Notes: a model not told the origin generated them from the sequence alone. DNA of 56,001 nt from Bacteroidota bacterium (GCA_023427845.1 JAEYZX010000131.1:1-56001); one strand, 5' to 3'; positions 19,619 to 32,254 are shown, numbered from the stretch's first letter. A program made the numbers and translations.

Positions 19619-20506
19619 CTAGAACTTAATCGACGACCATTTACCTGAGTTGGTTGGCGAAAGCCTGTTCAGGTTATCAACAAGATCGGTAATCGGGATA
19701 TTTGGTCCACCGGAAAAAATCGATACGATTTCATCTGATTTTGCATCAAAAAATGTTCGTGTCAAATAAGAATTTGGACGCAGCGAATATAATTTCGACA
19801 ATGTCGCCAATGACGATTTTACTTTTTCTTTTGCAAGCTTCAAATCGTTCGACATATTGTCGAGTCCCGAAAAATGATATTCGTACATCGCTTCGCGAAA
19901 TGGCGTAAATGTCGGGCCAACCATATCGTTAATAAGATAATACCGCGTAAAATTGCCGTCGGCCTGATTCCAGCCTTTATAGCCGCTTTGTTGTGCAAGA
20001 TTCGCGATTTCCTGCGCGGTTGCCAGATACGGACTTCCACCCATTGGCGAAAATGAATCGGCGTCCATTCCGATTATCAGATGGCTGTAAAATGCAATTA
20101 CCGAAACCAGGTTCGATTCGAATGTTGTTGGATTGTAATCCAGGTTTTCAAATTCGATATAATTGAAGGTAAAATCCTTATCGTTGATATTAACTATCGG
20201 TGTTGAATAGGTTGAATTGAAAACCGGGCGCGCCGACTGTACCTGAATCGACGCCGTAAACGTACCGGAATTGTATGATGTTACATTGATGAACATCGAG
20301 CAATTGATCCTTTCATTGGCATTGAAGCCCTGCCCGGTCCAATCGGTGCGGTTTACAAATTCGTTTAGGGCATTTTCGAGAGTCCTAAATACCTGATTAT
20401 TTGTGGCGCCTACCTGATCTGCGTTGACGGTAACGGTGCAATTCAGTTCCTGCGATTGTGCGACCATTCCGGCGAGCAGCAATAATACGGTCAGAAGTTT
20501 ATTCAT
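19619..20506 (-). CDS. porD: DUF4835 family exported protein (T9SS-associated PorD-like)
   Basis: Signal peptide then QELNCTVTVN; conserved position between coaBC and recN in Bacteroidota. Confidence 0.75.
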   Translation of the reverse strand: MNKLLTVLLLLAGMVAQSQELNCTVTVNADQVGATNNQVFRTLENALNEFVNRTDWTGQGFNANERINCSMFINVTSYNSGTFTASIQVQSARPVFNSTYSTPIVNINDKDFTFNYIEFENLDYNPTTFESNLVSVIAFYSHLIIGMDADSFSPMGGSPYLATAQEIANLAQQSGYKGWNQADGNFTRYYLINDMVGPTFTPFREAMYEYHFSGLDNMSNDLKLAKEKVKSSLATLSKLYSLRPNSYLTRTFFDAKSDEIVSIFSGGPNIPITDLVDNLNRLSPTNSGKWSSIKF

Positions 20507-21707
20507 AATGTCGTATAACTTTGTTTACTATATCTTCAGCAACAGCTTCCTTTGATTTCAAATCCATTGGTTCGATATTAAGATCCCTGTCGATAAATGT
20601 AACTTTATTTGTGGGTTTTCCAAAACCTGCACCATCATCGGCAAGTGAATTCAGCACAATCAAATCTAGGTTTTTTTTTATGATCTTCGACTTTGCATTT
20701 TCGATTTCGTTTTCCGTTTCGAGCGCAAATCCGATCAAAAACTGTTGTTTTTTCATTTCACCGAGCACAGCAAGAATATCGGTTGTTTTTTCCAATTCGA
20801 TTGTCAGGCTCTTAGCTGCTTTTTTTATCTTTTGCAATGCGGGATTTTTTACCCTGTAATCGGCTACTGCGGCAGCGGCAATCACCACATCGACATCGTC
20901 GTAATAGTTTCGACAGGCATCGTGCATTTCGCCGGCGGTCGTCACTTTAATTGTTTTTATTTTGGGATTCTTTGCGATTAAGTGCGTGGGCCCGGAAACC
21001 AATATAACGTCGGCTCCTTTGCTCGCGGCATTTTCAGCAATATCAAATCCCATTTTGCCGGACGAATGATTACCAATGAAACGCACCGGATCTATGGGTT
21101 CGTATGTCGGACCGGCAGTTATCAGGATTTTTTTTCCTTTCAACGGAAGCTTGCTTTCGATGTCGGCTTCAATTAATGCGATAATGTTTTCAGGTTCGGC
21201 CATTCTTCCCTCGCCCGAGAGCCCGCTTGCGAGTTCTCCTGTTTCAGCGGGAATTATCGTATTGCCAAATTGTTTCAATGCAGTAAAACTTGCCGTTGTG
21301 GATGGATGTTTATACATATCGAGGTCCATCGCAGGCGCTACATAAACAGGGCATTTTGCCGAGAGATAAACTGCAATCAAAAGATTGTCGCATGTTCCAG
21401 AAGCCATTTTCGACAATGTGTTTGCGGTAGCAGGCGCAATGATCATAAAATCGGCCCAAAGGCCAATCTCGACATGATTGTTCCATTCGGCGTCTTTGTC
21501 TTCGTCGGAGTAAAAAGTTGAGAAAACGGGGTTTTTGGAGAGTGTGGATAATGTAAGCGGTGTTACAAAATCCTTCGAAGCAGGTGTCATGACCACGCGG
21601 ACATCGGCACCTGCTTTTATAAGAAGTCTGACCAGGAAAGCGGATTTATAAGCGGCAATTCCGCCAGAAACTCCCAGCACTATTTTCTTACCGCTTAAAA
21701 CTGACAT
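20499..21707 (-). CDS. coaBC: Phosphopantothenoylcysteine decarboxylase/ligase
   Basis: GGIAAYK, APAMDLDMY, TAGPTYEPIDPVRFIGNHSSGKMG. Confidence 0.97.
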   Translation of the reverse strand: MSVLSGKKIVLGVSGGIAAYKSAFLVRLLIKAGADVRVVMTPASKDFVTPLTLSTLSKNPVFSTFYSDEDKDAEWNNHVEIGLWADFMIIAPATANTLSKMASGTCDNLLIAVYLSAKCPVYVAPAMDLDMYKHPSTTASFTALKQFGNTIIPAETGELASGLSGEGRMAEPENIIALIEADIESKLPLKGKKILITAGPTYEPIDPVRFIGNHSSGKMGFDIAENAASKGADVILVSGPTHLIAKNPKIKTIKVTTAGEMHDACRNYYDDVDVVIAAAAVADYRVKNPALQKIKKAAKSLTIELEKTTDILAVLGEMKKQQFLIGFALETENEIENAKSKIIKKNLDLIVLNSLADDGAGFGKPTNKVTFIDRDLNIEPMDLKSKEAVAEDIVNKVIRHYE

Positions 21708-21713
21708 GGTATA

Positions 21714-22031
21714 TTATTTTGTAGTATCCCGGTGGTAGATTTTCTCGTCTAGCCATTCCTGTACTGCCAATGCATGCGGTTTTGGAAGCTTTTCATAAAA
21801 TTTTGAAACCTCGATTTGCTCTTTGTTTTCAAAGATTTCCTCAAGGCTGTCATTATAGGTAGCAAATTCTTCCAATTTCTCGGTCAATTCCTTTTTGATT
21901 TCCGAATTGATTTGGTTTGCCCTTTTAGCCATAATCGTGATCGCCTCATATATATTCCCGGTTGGTTCCTCTATAACATTTTTGTTATAGGTAATGGTGT
22001 TTACCGGTGCATTCGTCTTCTTTAAATCCAT
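21714..22031 (-). CDS. rpoZ: RNA polymerase omega subunit (Bacteroidota type)
   Basis: GNIYEAITIMAKRANQI...EQIEVSKFYEKLPKP; bamD-rpoZ-coaBC synteny. Confidence 0.9.
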   Translation of the reverse strand: MDLKKTNAPVNTITYNKNVIEEPTGNIYEAITIMAKRANQINSEIKKELTEKLEEFATYNDSLEEIFENKEQIEVSKFYEKLPKPHALAVQEWLDEKIYHRDTTK

Positions 22032-22035
22032 GACT

Positions 22036-22833
22036 TTATTTATTTGAATATTGTTTTAATTCACTTTCGATGCGGACCAACATTTCGTCGGCTTCGTCTT
22101 TGTATTCGCTACTTGGATTGAATTTCAGCAATCCGGCATGAGCCGATTTTGCGGCATTAAGCCTTTCCTCCATTTTTGATGCGACACTGTTTATTGCAAG
22201 TTTATAGGCCGAGTCCAATTTGTAAAAAAGGGCCGCCTCTTTGAATGGAGTACCTGGATAGTCGGCAACGAAATTGTCAAGTGCCGTTATTGCCGACTTG
22301 TAATCTGTAATCACATTATAACCTTTGGCTATTTCAAAAGCTTTTTTCTCAAGTTTTTCCCGAAGGTCTTTCACAAGTACGTTGGCCTCGGCCAGATATT
22401 GCGAATCCGGAAACCGATCGATGAATGCCTGAAGTTTATCGATTGCTTTTTGGGTGTCGGTTTGATCCTTGCTATAAACCGGCGATAACTGCGCATAACT
22501 TTTCGCGCCCAGAAATGCCGCTTCCTCGACAAATTCGCTTTTCGGATAAGATGCTACAAAACTTTCAAACTGATAGCCTGAAAGATAGTATTGCTCGGTT
22601 CGGTAGTACGATTGCGCGAACATGTAAAACATCTTCTCCGATTCGGGTTTACCGCGGAATGTTGGAGCGATGAGTTCGAAAATCCGGATCGCTTTGGCGT
22701 ACTTACCATTATTGTATTGTCGTTCAGCTTCTGCGAATTTCACCGCAACATCGTCCGATTTGAGGGCTTTCTGGTATTCGCTGCACGAAGCTACAAGCAA
22801 AGCAATCAGGACAATAGATAATAATTTCTTCAT
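22036..22833 (-). CDS. bamD: Outer membrane protein assembly factor BamD (lipoprotein)
   Basis: Lipobox VASC, TPR helices, DQTDTQKAIDKLQAFIDRFPDS. Confidence 0.93.
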   Translation of the reverse strand: MKKLLSIVLIALLVASCSEYQKALKSDDVAVKFAEAERQYNNGKYAKAIRIFELIAPTFRGKPESEKMFYMFAQSYYRTEQYYLSGYQFESFVASYPKSEFVEEAAFLGAKSYAQLSPVYSKDQTDTQKAIDKLQAFIDRFPDSQYLAEANVLVKDLREKLEKKAFEIAKGYNVITDYKSAITALDNFVADYPGTPFKEAALFYKLDSAYKLAINSVASKMEERLNAAKSAHAGLLKFNPSSEYKDEADEMLVRIESELKQYSNK

Positions 22834-22870
22834 TGATTTTTAACGGTTTTGTGTATGCAGAAACCAACTG

Positions 22871-22878
22871 CAAATTTA
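22871..22878 (-). promoter_or_regulatory. -7 box (TAAATTTG) for the bamD operon
   Basis: CAAATTTA on plus strand, with a further CAAA (TTTG) about 20 bp upstream. Confidence 0.55.
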
Positions 22879-22964
22879 GTTATTAATTCAGTCAATGCAA
22901 ATTTTTATTTGCTAAATAAAACAGGACGAAAAACACCAAAATCACGGTAACTTCGACGACTGGA

Positions 22965-23843
22965 CTACTGGACTTTTCTTACAAATTCGCGAATCCTGAA
23001 CGATAAGTCGGCATCGGCTGAAACCAGCGGAAGTCTTACCGTATCTTCTGCCAATCCCAAGGCTTTGAACACGGCTTTGATCCCGGCAGGATTTCCCTGC
23101 TCGAAAATCATATCGATACAGTCGGCCAAAAGGTAGTGCAATTTGTACGCTAAATCCGTATTACGCTGAAGTCCCAACCGTACCATCTCCGAAAATTGTC
23201 GCGGAAAACCTTCGGCGATGACCGAAATTACGCCGCTTCCGCCTGCAAGTATCATCGGAAGCGTGATCATGTCGTCGCCCGATATCACTAAGAATCCTTC
23301 AGGTTTGGTCTGGATCAGTTTCATTGCCTGAACGATATCGCCTGCCGCTTCCTTTATTGCAACAATGTTCGAAAAGTCGGTTGCAAGCCTCACAACCGTA
23401 GCGGGAAGCATGTTGCTTGCGGTGCGTCCCGGGACATTGTATAAAATGACAGGTTTTGGCGATGCCTCGGCCACAGCTTTAAAATGCTGGTAAATGCCTT
23501 CCTGCGTAGGTTTGTTATAATAAGGCGAAACCGATAAAACCGCGGTGAATTCTGAAAGATCGCGGGTTTTAAGTTCTTCAACAACTTTGGCTGTATTGTT
23601 CCCGCCGATTCCAAGAACCAACGGAAGCCGGTTATTATTTGCTTCGATGACCGTGCCGATCACAAGCTCTTTTTCATCCTGGGTCAATGTTGCGTTTTCT
23701 GCAGTCGTACCCATAACAACCAGGTAATCGATTCCGTTGTCGATCTGAAAATTAACGATTCTTTTGAGCGCATCGGTATCGACCGAAAAATCTGTTCTGA
23801 ATGGCGTAACCAAAGCTACTCCTGTTCCTATTAGTGACTGCAT
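22965..23843 (-). CDS. dapA: 4-hydroxy-tetrahydrodipicolinate synthase
   Basis: [28 protein letters not shown]. Confidence 0.96.
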   Translation of the reverse strand: MQSLIGTGVALVTPFRTDFSVDTDALKRIVNFQIDNGIDYLVVMGTTAENATLTQDEKELVIGTVIEANNNRLPLVLGIGGNNTAKVVEELKTRDLSEFTAVLSVSPYYNKPTQEGIYQHFKAVAEASPKPVILYNVPGRTASNMLPATVVRLATDFSNIVAIKEAAGDIVQAMKLIQTKPEGFLVISGDDMITLPMILAGGSGVISVIAEGFPRQFSEMVRLGLQRNTDLAYKLHYLLADCIDMIFEQGNPAGIKAVFKALGLAEDTVRLPLVSADADLSFRIREFVRKVQ

Positions 23844-23844
23844 G

Positions 23845-24363
23845 TTATATTTTATTAAGTATTTTTAAATATTTGAAAAGTTCTTCGACAAAGACTTTAT
23901 AATCCTCTGCTGTCGTATTGATCATCAAGTGGTTAAGCTTGTTGTCGATTGAGGAAAATCCTACCTTGAATTTTGCAGGCGACAAATTTGAAACAATCAA
24001 CAATGCCGATTTTTCGGTGTCATAATAGTTGAGCAAAAGGTCAAAATCCTTTTCCATGAAGTCCTTTACATCCGAATTGCTGAAAGTTGCCCGCCACGAA
24101 AGATCGCGGTGACTAAATACCGGATAATCAAAATTTTCATTTATTCTGATCTTGTTTTTAAAAACCAGTATTTGAATATTTTGTCGCTCAATGCCGTATT
24201 TTACAAGTTCATCAACCAGGGCTTCGCGCTCGTAAAAGTAACTTTCATCAAAAAGGATTCCGACTGTTTTAACGGTGCCGGCGGCTGCAGGATGATGAGT
24301 GTCCGAAATGCTGTTTTTAACGATTTTTTTAGTGAAAAGGTTCTTTAGGTAATTTAAAAACAT
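23845..24363 (-). CDS. Conserved Bacteroidota hypothetical protein (DUF6913-like)
   Basis: 172-aa [11 protein letters not shown] and AKFKVGF motifs, co-oriented directly upstream of dapA. Confidence 0.75.
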   Translation of the reverse strand: MFLNYLKNLFTKKIVKNSISDTHHPAAAGTVKTVGILFDESYFYEREALVDELVKYGIERQNIQILVFKNKIRINENFDYPVFSHRDLSWRATFSNSDVKDFMEKDFDLLLNYYDTEKSALLIVSNLSPAKFKVGFSSIDNKLNHLMINTTAEDYKVFVEELFKYLKILNKI

Positions 24364-24411
24364 ATTACTTTTACTTGGAATACAAAACTATAAAATTCGA
24401 AGTTCATCCGG

Positions 24412-25176
24412 ATGGTAAAACTAAAAAAGTATGTTGCTCCGATAACGCATTTTGTTTTATTCTTAACATTTCTCTCGTGCTCGCAAAACCTTGCCGTAAC
24501 ACGCATTGAGGGTAAACAGATAACTATTATAGGCCAAAATGGGGAGAGCGCAGAAATAGCGGAATTCATCACGCCTTATCGCGAACATATCAATAAGGAA
24601 CTCAATACTGTGCTTGCGTTTGCTCCGAAAACACTTGATAAAAGCGGCGAATGGCAGAGCGCAATCGGAAATATGTTTGCCGATGCGGTGCTGTTCAAAG
24701 CAAATCCGATCTTTAAATCGCGCGAAAACAAGTCGATTGATGTTGTGATGCTGAATCATGGCGGAATCCGGTCGATAATTCCGCGGGGTGATGTCACCAC
24801 ACGCACCGCATTCGAAATAATGCCTTTTGAAAACAGTGCGGTCGTCGTTGCGATGCGAAGCGAACATCTTGTTGAAATGGCGCAGTATATAATCACTGAG
24901 AAAAAACCGCACCCACTGACGGGAATGACGTTCACCATAGGAAAAAACGGGGAACCAAAAAACATACAGGTTGGCGGCCAGCCACTCGACAAGGACCGAA
25001 TCTATTATGTCGCTACAAACGATTACCTGTACAATGGCGGCGACCGTATGGTTTTCTTCAAAAAAGGGACTCGGATGTACGATCTCGATTACAAACTCCG
25101 AAACGTACTGATTGATTACTTTGCCGATGTTGATACGCTGGATATAGTTTCCGATAAACGGATCATTGTTGAATAG
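24412..25176 (+). CDS. 5'-nucleotidase C-terminal (substrate-binding) subunit, lipoprotein
   Basis: Lipobox FLSC; NHGGIRS, MPFENS, ATNDYLYNGGD. Confidence 0.9.
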   Translation: MVKLKKYVAPITHFVLFLTFLSCSQNLAVTRIEGKQITIIGQNGESAEIAEFITPYREHINKELNTVLAFAPKTLDKSGEWQSAIGNMFADAVLFKANPIFKSRENKSIDVVMLNHGGIRSIIPRGDVTTRTAFEIMPFENSAVVVAMRSEHLVEMAQYIITEKKPHPLTGMTFTIGKNGEPKNIQVGGQPLDKDRIYYVATNDYLYNGGDRMVFFKKGTRMYDLDYKLRNVLIDYFADVDTLDIVSDKRIIVE

Positions 25177-25185
25177 ATAAATGCC

Positions 25186-25261
25186 CTAGCCGTGATTGAG
25201 CCGGTATCCTCTTCATGGCGTCAGCAAATGAAGAGATAAAGGCGAAAGCGCGAATAGCTCC
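25186..25261 (+). ncRNA. Structured repeat/ncRNA element, Flavo-1-like (copy B)
   Basis: TAGCCGTGATTGAGCC..ATCCTCTTCAT/ATGAAGAGAT..GGCGAAAGCGCG..AGCTCC. Confidence 0.55.
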
Positions 25262-25266
25262 AAATT

Positions 25267-26169
25267 ATGAAAAGAAGAGAATTCATTCAAGGTACGGTTG
25301 CAAGTACGGTTGTGCTATCGGCAGGCGGGTTACTTTCAGGCTTTACCCCTGCGCCCACAAAACATCTGACGGTATTGCATACGAATGATGTGCACAGTTA
25401 CATCGATCCGTTTCCGGCCGATCATCCGCGAAATCCAAACATGGGAGGCGTTGCACGGCGCGCCGCAATCATCGATGCCGTTCGTAAAGAAAACCCGAAC
25501 GTACTGCTTTTGGACGCGGGCGATATTTTCCAGGGTACCCCCTACTTTAATTATTACGGCGGCGAACTTGAATTCAAACTGATGAGCATGCTGGGTTATG
25601 ACGTGGCGACGATGGGAAACCACGATTTCGATAACGGGATAGACGGCTTTTATGCGCAGCTTCCCAATGCGGAATTCGGTTTTGTATCGGCCAATTACGA
25701 TTTCAGTAAAACAGTCCTTGACGGAATTGTGAAACCTTATAAAATTTTAAATAAAGGCGGGATCAAGATTGGTGTTTTCGGACTTGGAATTGAGCTTGCC
25801 GGGCTTGTCGACAAAAAGCATTACAAGGAAACCGTTTATAACGATCCGGTTGCTGTTGCACAAGATATTTCGCGGATATTACGCCACGAAAAGAAATGCG
25901 ATCTAGTAATTTGCCTATCGCATCTGGGATATGAATATGCAGGCGACAAAATTTCAGATTTAAAGCTGGCTTCGCTCACAAAAGACATCGATCTTATCAT
26001 TGGTGGTCATACGCATACTTTTCTCGACAAACCGACAATCGCAAAGAACATAGACGGAAAAGACGTTTTGGTTAATCAGGTTGGATGCTACGGAATAAAT
26101 CTTGGCCGTATCGACATTCATTTTGATTCGGCTGCAAAAATCTCAGACGGCCGCACCATCATTGTCTGA
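25267..26169 (+). CDS. 5'-nucleotidase N-terminal metallophosphoesterase subunit, Tat signal
   Basis: MKRREFI twin-Arg leader; HTNDVHS, DAGD, GNHDFD, SHLG, GGHTH. Confidence 0.92.
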   Translation: MKRREFIQGTVASTVVLSAGGLLSGFTPAPTKHLTVLHTNDVHSYIDPFPADHPRNPNMGGVARRAAIIDAVRKENPNVLLLDAGDIFQGTPYFNYYGGELEFKLMSMLGYDVATMGNHDFDNGIDGFYAQLPNAEFGFVSANYDFSKTVLDGIVKPYKILNKGGIKIGVFGLGIELAGLVDKKHYKETVYNDPVAVAQDISRILRHEKKCDLVICLSHLGYEYAGDKISDLKLASLTKDIDLIIGGHTHTFLDKPTIAKNIDGKDVLVNQVGCYGINLGRIDIHFDSAAKISDGRTIIV

Positions 26170-26844
26170 TATTTCGCTTGCCAGCACAAATTTGTAAAAT
26201 GTAAAAAACGCAAACGCATTCAGTGCCATCGCGATCGGACGCAGGATCTGCAGCGAAAATCCTGAAAGATAGTACCGTTCGATAAAAACGATGAACTGCA
26301 GCGCAACGAATAGGAGTCCGCATATCAACAACCACGAATTTCCCTTGCTGTCGTTGACAAGGTAAGTCGACAATGCAAGGCCGCCAAGAACCGAAATCAA
26401 TACATTTTGAACGATCAAAAGATAAAAACTCACTTCGGGGATTTCGGTTGTGATCGACAACAGATAACAGAAAACCACCAAAAGCGGAATTGTGGCCAGT
26501 ACCGCCGGAATAAAATCCCTGATCTTAATGATTTTGATGATCAGTGAAATGATGAATAACCGGTGAATCATAAATGCGATTACGCCAAACAATAGCCAAG
26601 TGGCACTGTTGGGTATGAAAAGTAGATTTGTAATCACCGAAAACAGCATTGCCAGATAAAACAGCACCTCGCGTTTGGTGGAAGCAAGGTGATAAAAACC
26701 GATAAGCATCAAGGGGATCAGCGGTTTTAATACGACGATTACAGGAGTATACGAGAAATATTCGGCCGCAACTTCAATGGCTGCCACGGCAAAATAAATT
26801 ATATACAAGATCGTCATTCTATTATGACCGGCTAGCGAATCCAT
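26143..26844 (-). CDS. YhhN/lysoplasmalogenase-like membrane protein (paralog 3; start uncertain: 26889, 26844 or 26817)
   Basis: About 8 TM helices, LKPLIP motif, clear similarity to the two upstream ORFs. Confidence 0.7.
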   Translation of the reverse strand: MDSLAGHNRMTILYIIYFAVAAIEVAAEYFSYTPVIVVLKPLIPLMLIGFYHLASTKREVLFYLAMLFSVITNLLFIPNSATWLLFGVIAFMIHRLFIISLIIKIIKIRDFIPAVLATIPLLVVFCYLLSITTEIPEVSFYLLIVQNVLISVLGGLALSTYLVNDSKGNSWLLICGLLFVALQFIVFIERYYLSGFSLQILRPIAMALNAFAFFTFYKFVLASEISDNDGAAV

Positions 26845-26895
26845 ATTGGGGACGTTTGACCTAAAGCTACGAAAATTTGGAATGCGCATAACCAA

Positions 26896-27582
26896 TTACA
26901 GTCGGGAAGTTAAGATGTCTCGCTCGGTCAAAATCATGTATTTGTAGAAAGCATAATGCGCCGCGGCAAACACCAATACCGACAGCGGCCTGAAGACGGG
27001 ATTCGTTAAATAAAATCGTTCGATGACAAATATGAACATCAGAACGACAAAAAGCAGCGAGCTGATCAGCAGCCATGAATTGCGCCTGTCATCTTCAAAA
27101 ATGTAGTTTGACAGCGAAAGTGCGGCCAAAACCGACATTACGATCGCATTTGCAATCGACGGATAAAGTCCGTCAGCGAGTGTTTCCGACGTCATATCGA
27201 TCAGGTACGCAAATAAAAAGAAAAAGGGCACGATCGCTATCGCAAACGCGAGCAAATGAAACTTGGCAGTGTACCGGACAACGATGATTATAATCAAAAG
27301 CCGGTAAAGCAGGAAAGTTATGATTGCATATATTACATGAGTGATTTCGCCTGTGAGAAGCAATACATTTGACAGCAGCGCAAAAGCAAGTGCTACTATA
27401 TATATTTTATTGCGTTTTCTTGAAGTGCAACTGTACAGCGCAATCAAAATGGGAATCAGCATTGGCCTTAAAACCGTGATCGCCGGCGTATTTCTGAATG
27501 CTTCGGCAAGCAACAGTAAAGTCGCAACAAAAAAGTAAGCGTAGCTTAGACGTTGACCCTTCCCCGCTTCTAAAATTTTCAT
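26896..27582 (-). CDS. YhhN/lysoplasmalogenase-like membrane protein (paralog 2)
   Basis: About 8 TM helices, LRPMLIP; SWLLISSLLFV...FVIERFYL shared with paralog 3. Confidence 0.7.
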   Translation of the reverse strand: MKILEAGKGQRLSYAYFFVATLLLLAEAFRNTPAITVLRPMLIPILIALYSCTSRKRNKIYIVALAFALLSNVLLLTGEITHVIYAIITFLLYRLLIIIIVVRYTAKFHLLAFAIAIVPFFFLFAYLIDMTSETLADGLYPSIANAIVMSVLAALSLSNYIFEDDRRNSWLLISSLLFVVLMFIFVIERFYLTNPVFRPLSVLVFAAAHYAFYKYMILTERDILTSRL

Positions 27583-27619
27583 TGCGATTTTTCAGTAAAT
27601 ATATAAATAATCGCTTCTG

Positions 27620-30299
<2,680 letters not shown>

Positions 30300-30341
30300 T
30301 TAAAAGCCAACTAAAGTAGCCAAAATGTAAATGTCACGCAA

Positions 30342-30815
30342 CTACGATTCAATGATTATATTGATTTGTTTGTAAAGTTGGCCGTCGCTTAGGAATGCGC
30401 CCTGTTTAATAAGTTCGAAAATAGAGGCGTTGCGTTCGTCGGTGAATTCTTTTTTACCGATTTTCATTTCGATATTGTCGGTAAACATGTTGTCGCTGAG
30501 CCACTGCAGGCCTTCGCGGGTCAGGAAATCGGTATCGGGAACAAGCGATTTCAATACGATGGAATGCACATAGGTATCGAGGCAGTGAAACAGGAAAATA
30601 TGATTTTTGGAGAAATGCTCCAGATACTCCGCGCGCGAAAGCACACCTTCCCAGATTAGATCGGAAAATACGTCGAGTTCCTGCTCGGCGATGTGTGGTT
30701 GTTCGAGCTTTATTTTATCCCATTCGGTTTTGTCTATCGATTGGGTGGCGAGGAAATTTATGAATTCGGGGTGAAGTTCGTCGAATTGTTCTTTTGTGAG
30801 GCGGGAATATTTCAT
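30342..30815 (-). CDS. Conserved Bacteroidota protein (DUF6495-like)
   Basis: MKYSRLTKEQFDELHPEFINFLATQSI N-terminus. Confidence 0.8.
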   Translation of the reverse strand: MKYSRLTKEQFDELHPEFINFLATQSIDKTEWDKIKLEQPHIAEQELDVFSDLIWEGVLSRAEYLEHFSKNHIFLFHCLDTYVHSIVLKSLVPDTDFLTREGLQWLSDNMFTDNIEMKIGKKEFTDERNASIFELIKQGAFLSDGQLYKQINIIIES

Positions 30816-30816
30816 T

Positions 30817-30960
30817 TAGCTTTCAGCTGTCAGCTTTCAGCCGTCAGCAAATTATTTTTATAGTAGTTAAAAAAAGGTAACAAATGAACATCAAAGGTAC
30901 GAACTAGAAATTTACCGAACAAGCTGGTCGCTGATCGCTGATTGCTGATTGCTGATACCT
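30817..30960. repeat. Two oppositely oriented heptamer tracts (CAGCTKT-type at 30817-30848; GCTGATY-type at 30923-30960)
   Basis: tagcttt cagctgt cagcttt cagccgt cagc ... gctggtc gctgatc gctgatt gctgatt gctgata. Confidence 0.8.
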
Positions 30961-31028
30961 GGCGACCCGCGTTAGGGGTTGAGGCAGGTACCGCGTGCAG
31001 CCGAAAGCGCGGCCCGCAGGGAACGCCC
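30961..31028 (+). repeat. GC-rich structured element sharing an internal-loop module with the Flavo-1-like copies
   Basis: GGCG...CGCC closing stem; GTTGAGGC...GCCGAAAGCGCG. Confidence 0.45.
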
Positions 31029-31032
31029 AAAT

Positions 31033-31059
31033 AAAAAAGCCCCGACTTCTCGAGGCTTT
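31033..31059 (-). terminator. Intrinsic terminator of rpsF-rpsR-rplI
   Basis: Minus strand GCCTCGA-GAAG-TCGGGGC then T6. Confidence 0.85.
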
Positions 31060-31076
31060 CATTCTATCTGAAAATT

Positions 31077-31517
31077 TTATTGTTCGGCTACGATTTCGTA
31101 AGGAAGATCAACTACGACATCACGGTGTAGACGGATGCTGGCGTTGTATTTCCCTGTACGTTTCACGATACCGGAAGTGATGAATTTGCGGTCGATTGGC
31201 TGACCTGCTTTTTCCAAAGCTTCAGCAATATCGATATTGGTGATTGAACCAAAAAGCTTCTCGCCACCTGCTTTAGCAGTGATTTTGATATCAAGAGCCT
31301 TGATTGCTTCAGCCTGTTGATTGGCATCTGCAACAACTTTAGCTTCTTTGTGTGCTCTTTGTTTAAGGTTCTCAGCCAATATTTTCTTTGCGGAAGGCGT
31401 TGCCATTTGCGCAAATCCCTGTGGGATCAGGAAATTACGGCCGTAACCCGCTTTCACGTTTACGACATCGTCTTTAAAACCTAAATTCTGAACGTCTTGT
31501 TTTAAGATCAATTCCAT
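31077..31517 (-). CDS. rplI: 50S ribosomal protein bL9
   Basis: VKAGYGRNFLIPQG, KLFGSI. Confidence 0.98.
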   Translation of the reverse strand: MELILKQDVQNLGFKDDVVNVKAGYGRNFLIPQGFAQMATPSAKKILAENLKQRAHKEAKVVADANQQAEAIKALDIKITAKAGGEKLFGSITNIDIAEALEKAGQPIDRKFITSGIVKRTGKYNASIRLHRDVVVDLPYEIVAEQ

Positions 31518-31578
31518 GTTGTTGTCCTTATTATAGAAGTTAGGTTCCTTTTACGGGAAACCAACAACTGTTGTTTAA

Positions 31579-31875
31579 TTATTTTAGTAAATCGGCCACG
31601 TATGGCATTAACGCTAAGTGACGTGCTCTTTTGACTGCAACTGACACTTTTCTTTGAAATTTCAATGAAGTTCCGGTCAAACGACGCGGAAGGATCTTCC
31701 CTTGCTCGTTTACGAATTTCAATAGGAAGTCAGGATCTTTGTAGTCAACATACTTGATACCTGCTTTTTTGAAACGGCAATATTTCTTTTGCTTGTTTGT
31801 TTCTATGTTCAAAGGCGTAAGATATCTGATATCCCCGTCTTTTTTTCCTTTTGCTGATTGCTCGATTGTAGCCAT
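31579..31875 (-). CDS. rpsR: 30S ribosomal protein bS18
   Basis: [26 protein letters not shown]. Confidence 0.98.
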   Translation of the reverse strand: MATIEQSAKGKKDGDIRYLTPLNIETNKQKKYCRFKKAGIKYVDYKDPDFLLKFVNEQGKILPRRLTGTSLKFQRKVSVAVKRARHLALMPYVADLLK

Positions 31876-31880
31876 GTTAA

Positions 31881-32222
31881 TTACGCGTTTGTTGCTTTTA
31901 ATTTAGTTCTTCTTCTTTCAGCCCATGAAATTGCATGCTTGTCAAGACTTACAGTCAGGAATCGCATAACTCTTTCATCACGTCTGAATTCAGTTTCAAA
32001 AGCGATCAAAACCTCGCCAGGAACTTTAAATTCGAATAGGTGGTAAAAACCACTTTTCTTGTTTTGGATTTCGTAAGCCATTTTTTTCAGGCCCCAATCC
32101 TCTTTTGATACCATTTCTGCACCTCTGGACGTAAGAAAATCTTCGAATTTGCTTACTGTTTCCTTTACCTGAACTTCAGATAAAACGGGATTTAGAATGA
32201 AAACAGTTTCATAATGATTCAT
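31881..32222 (-). CDS. rpsF: 30S ribosomal protein bS6
   Basis: [27 protein letters not shown]. Confidence 0.98.
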   Translation of the reverse strand: MNHYETVFILNPVLSEVQVKETVSKFEDFLTSRGAEMVSKEDWGLKKMAYEIQNKKSGFYHLFEFKVPGEVLIAFETEFRRDERVMRFLTVSLDKHAISWAERRRTKLKATNA

Positions 32223-32254
32223 AAAATATTTATTTAAATTATTTAAAATGTGTG

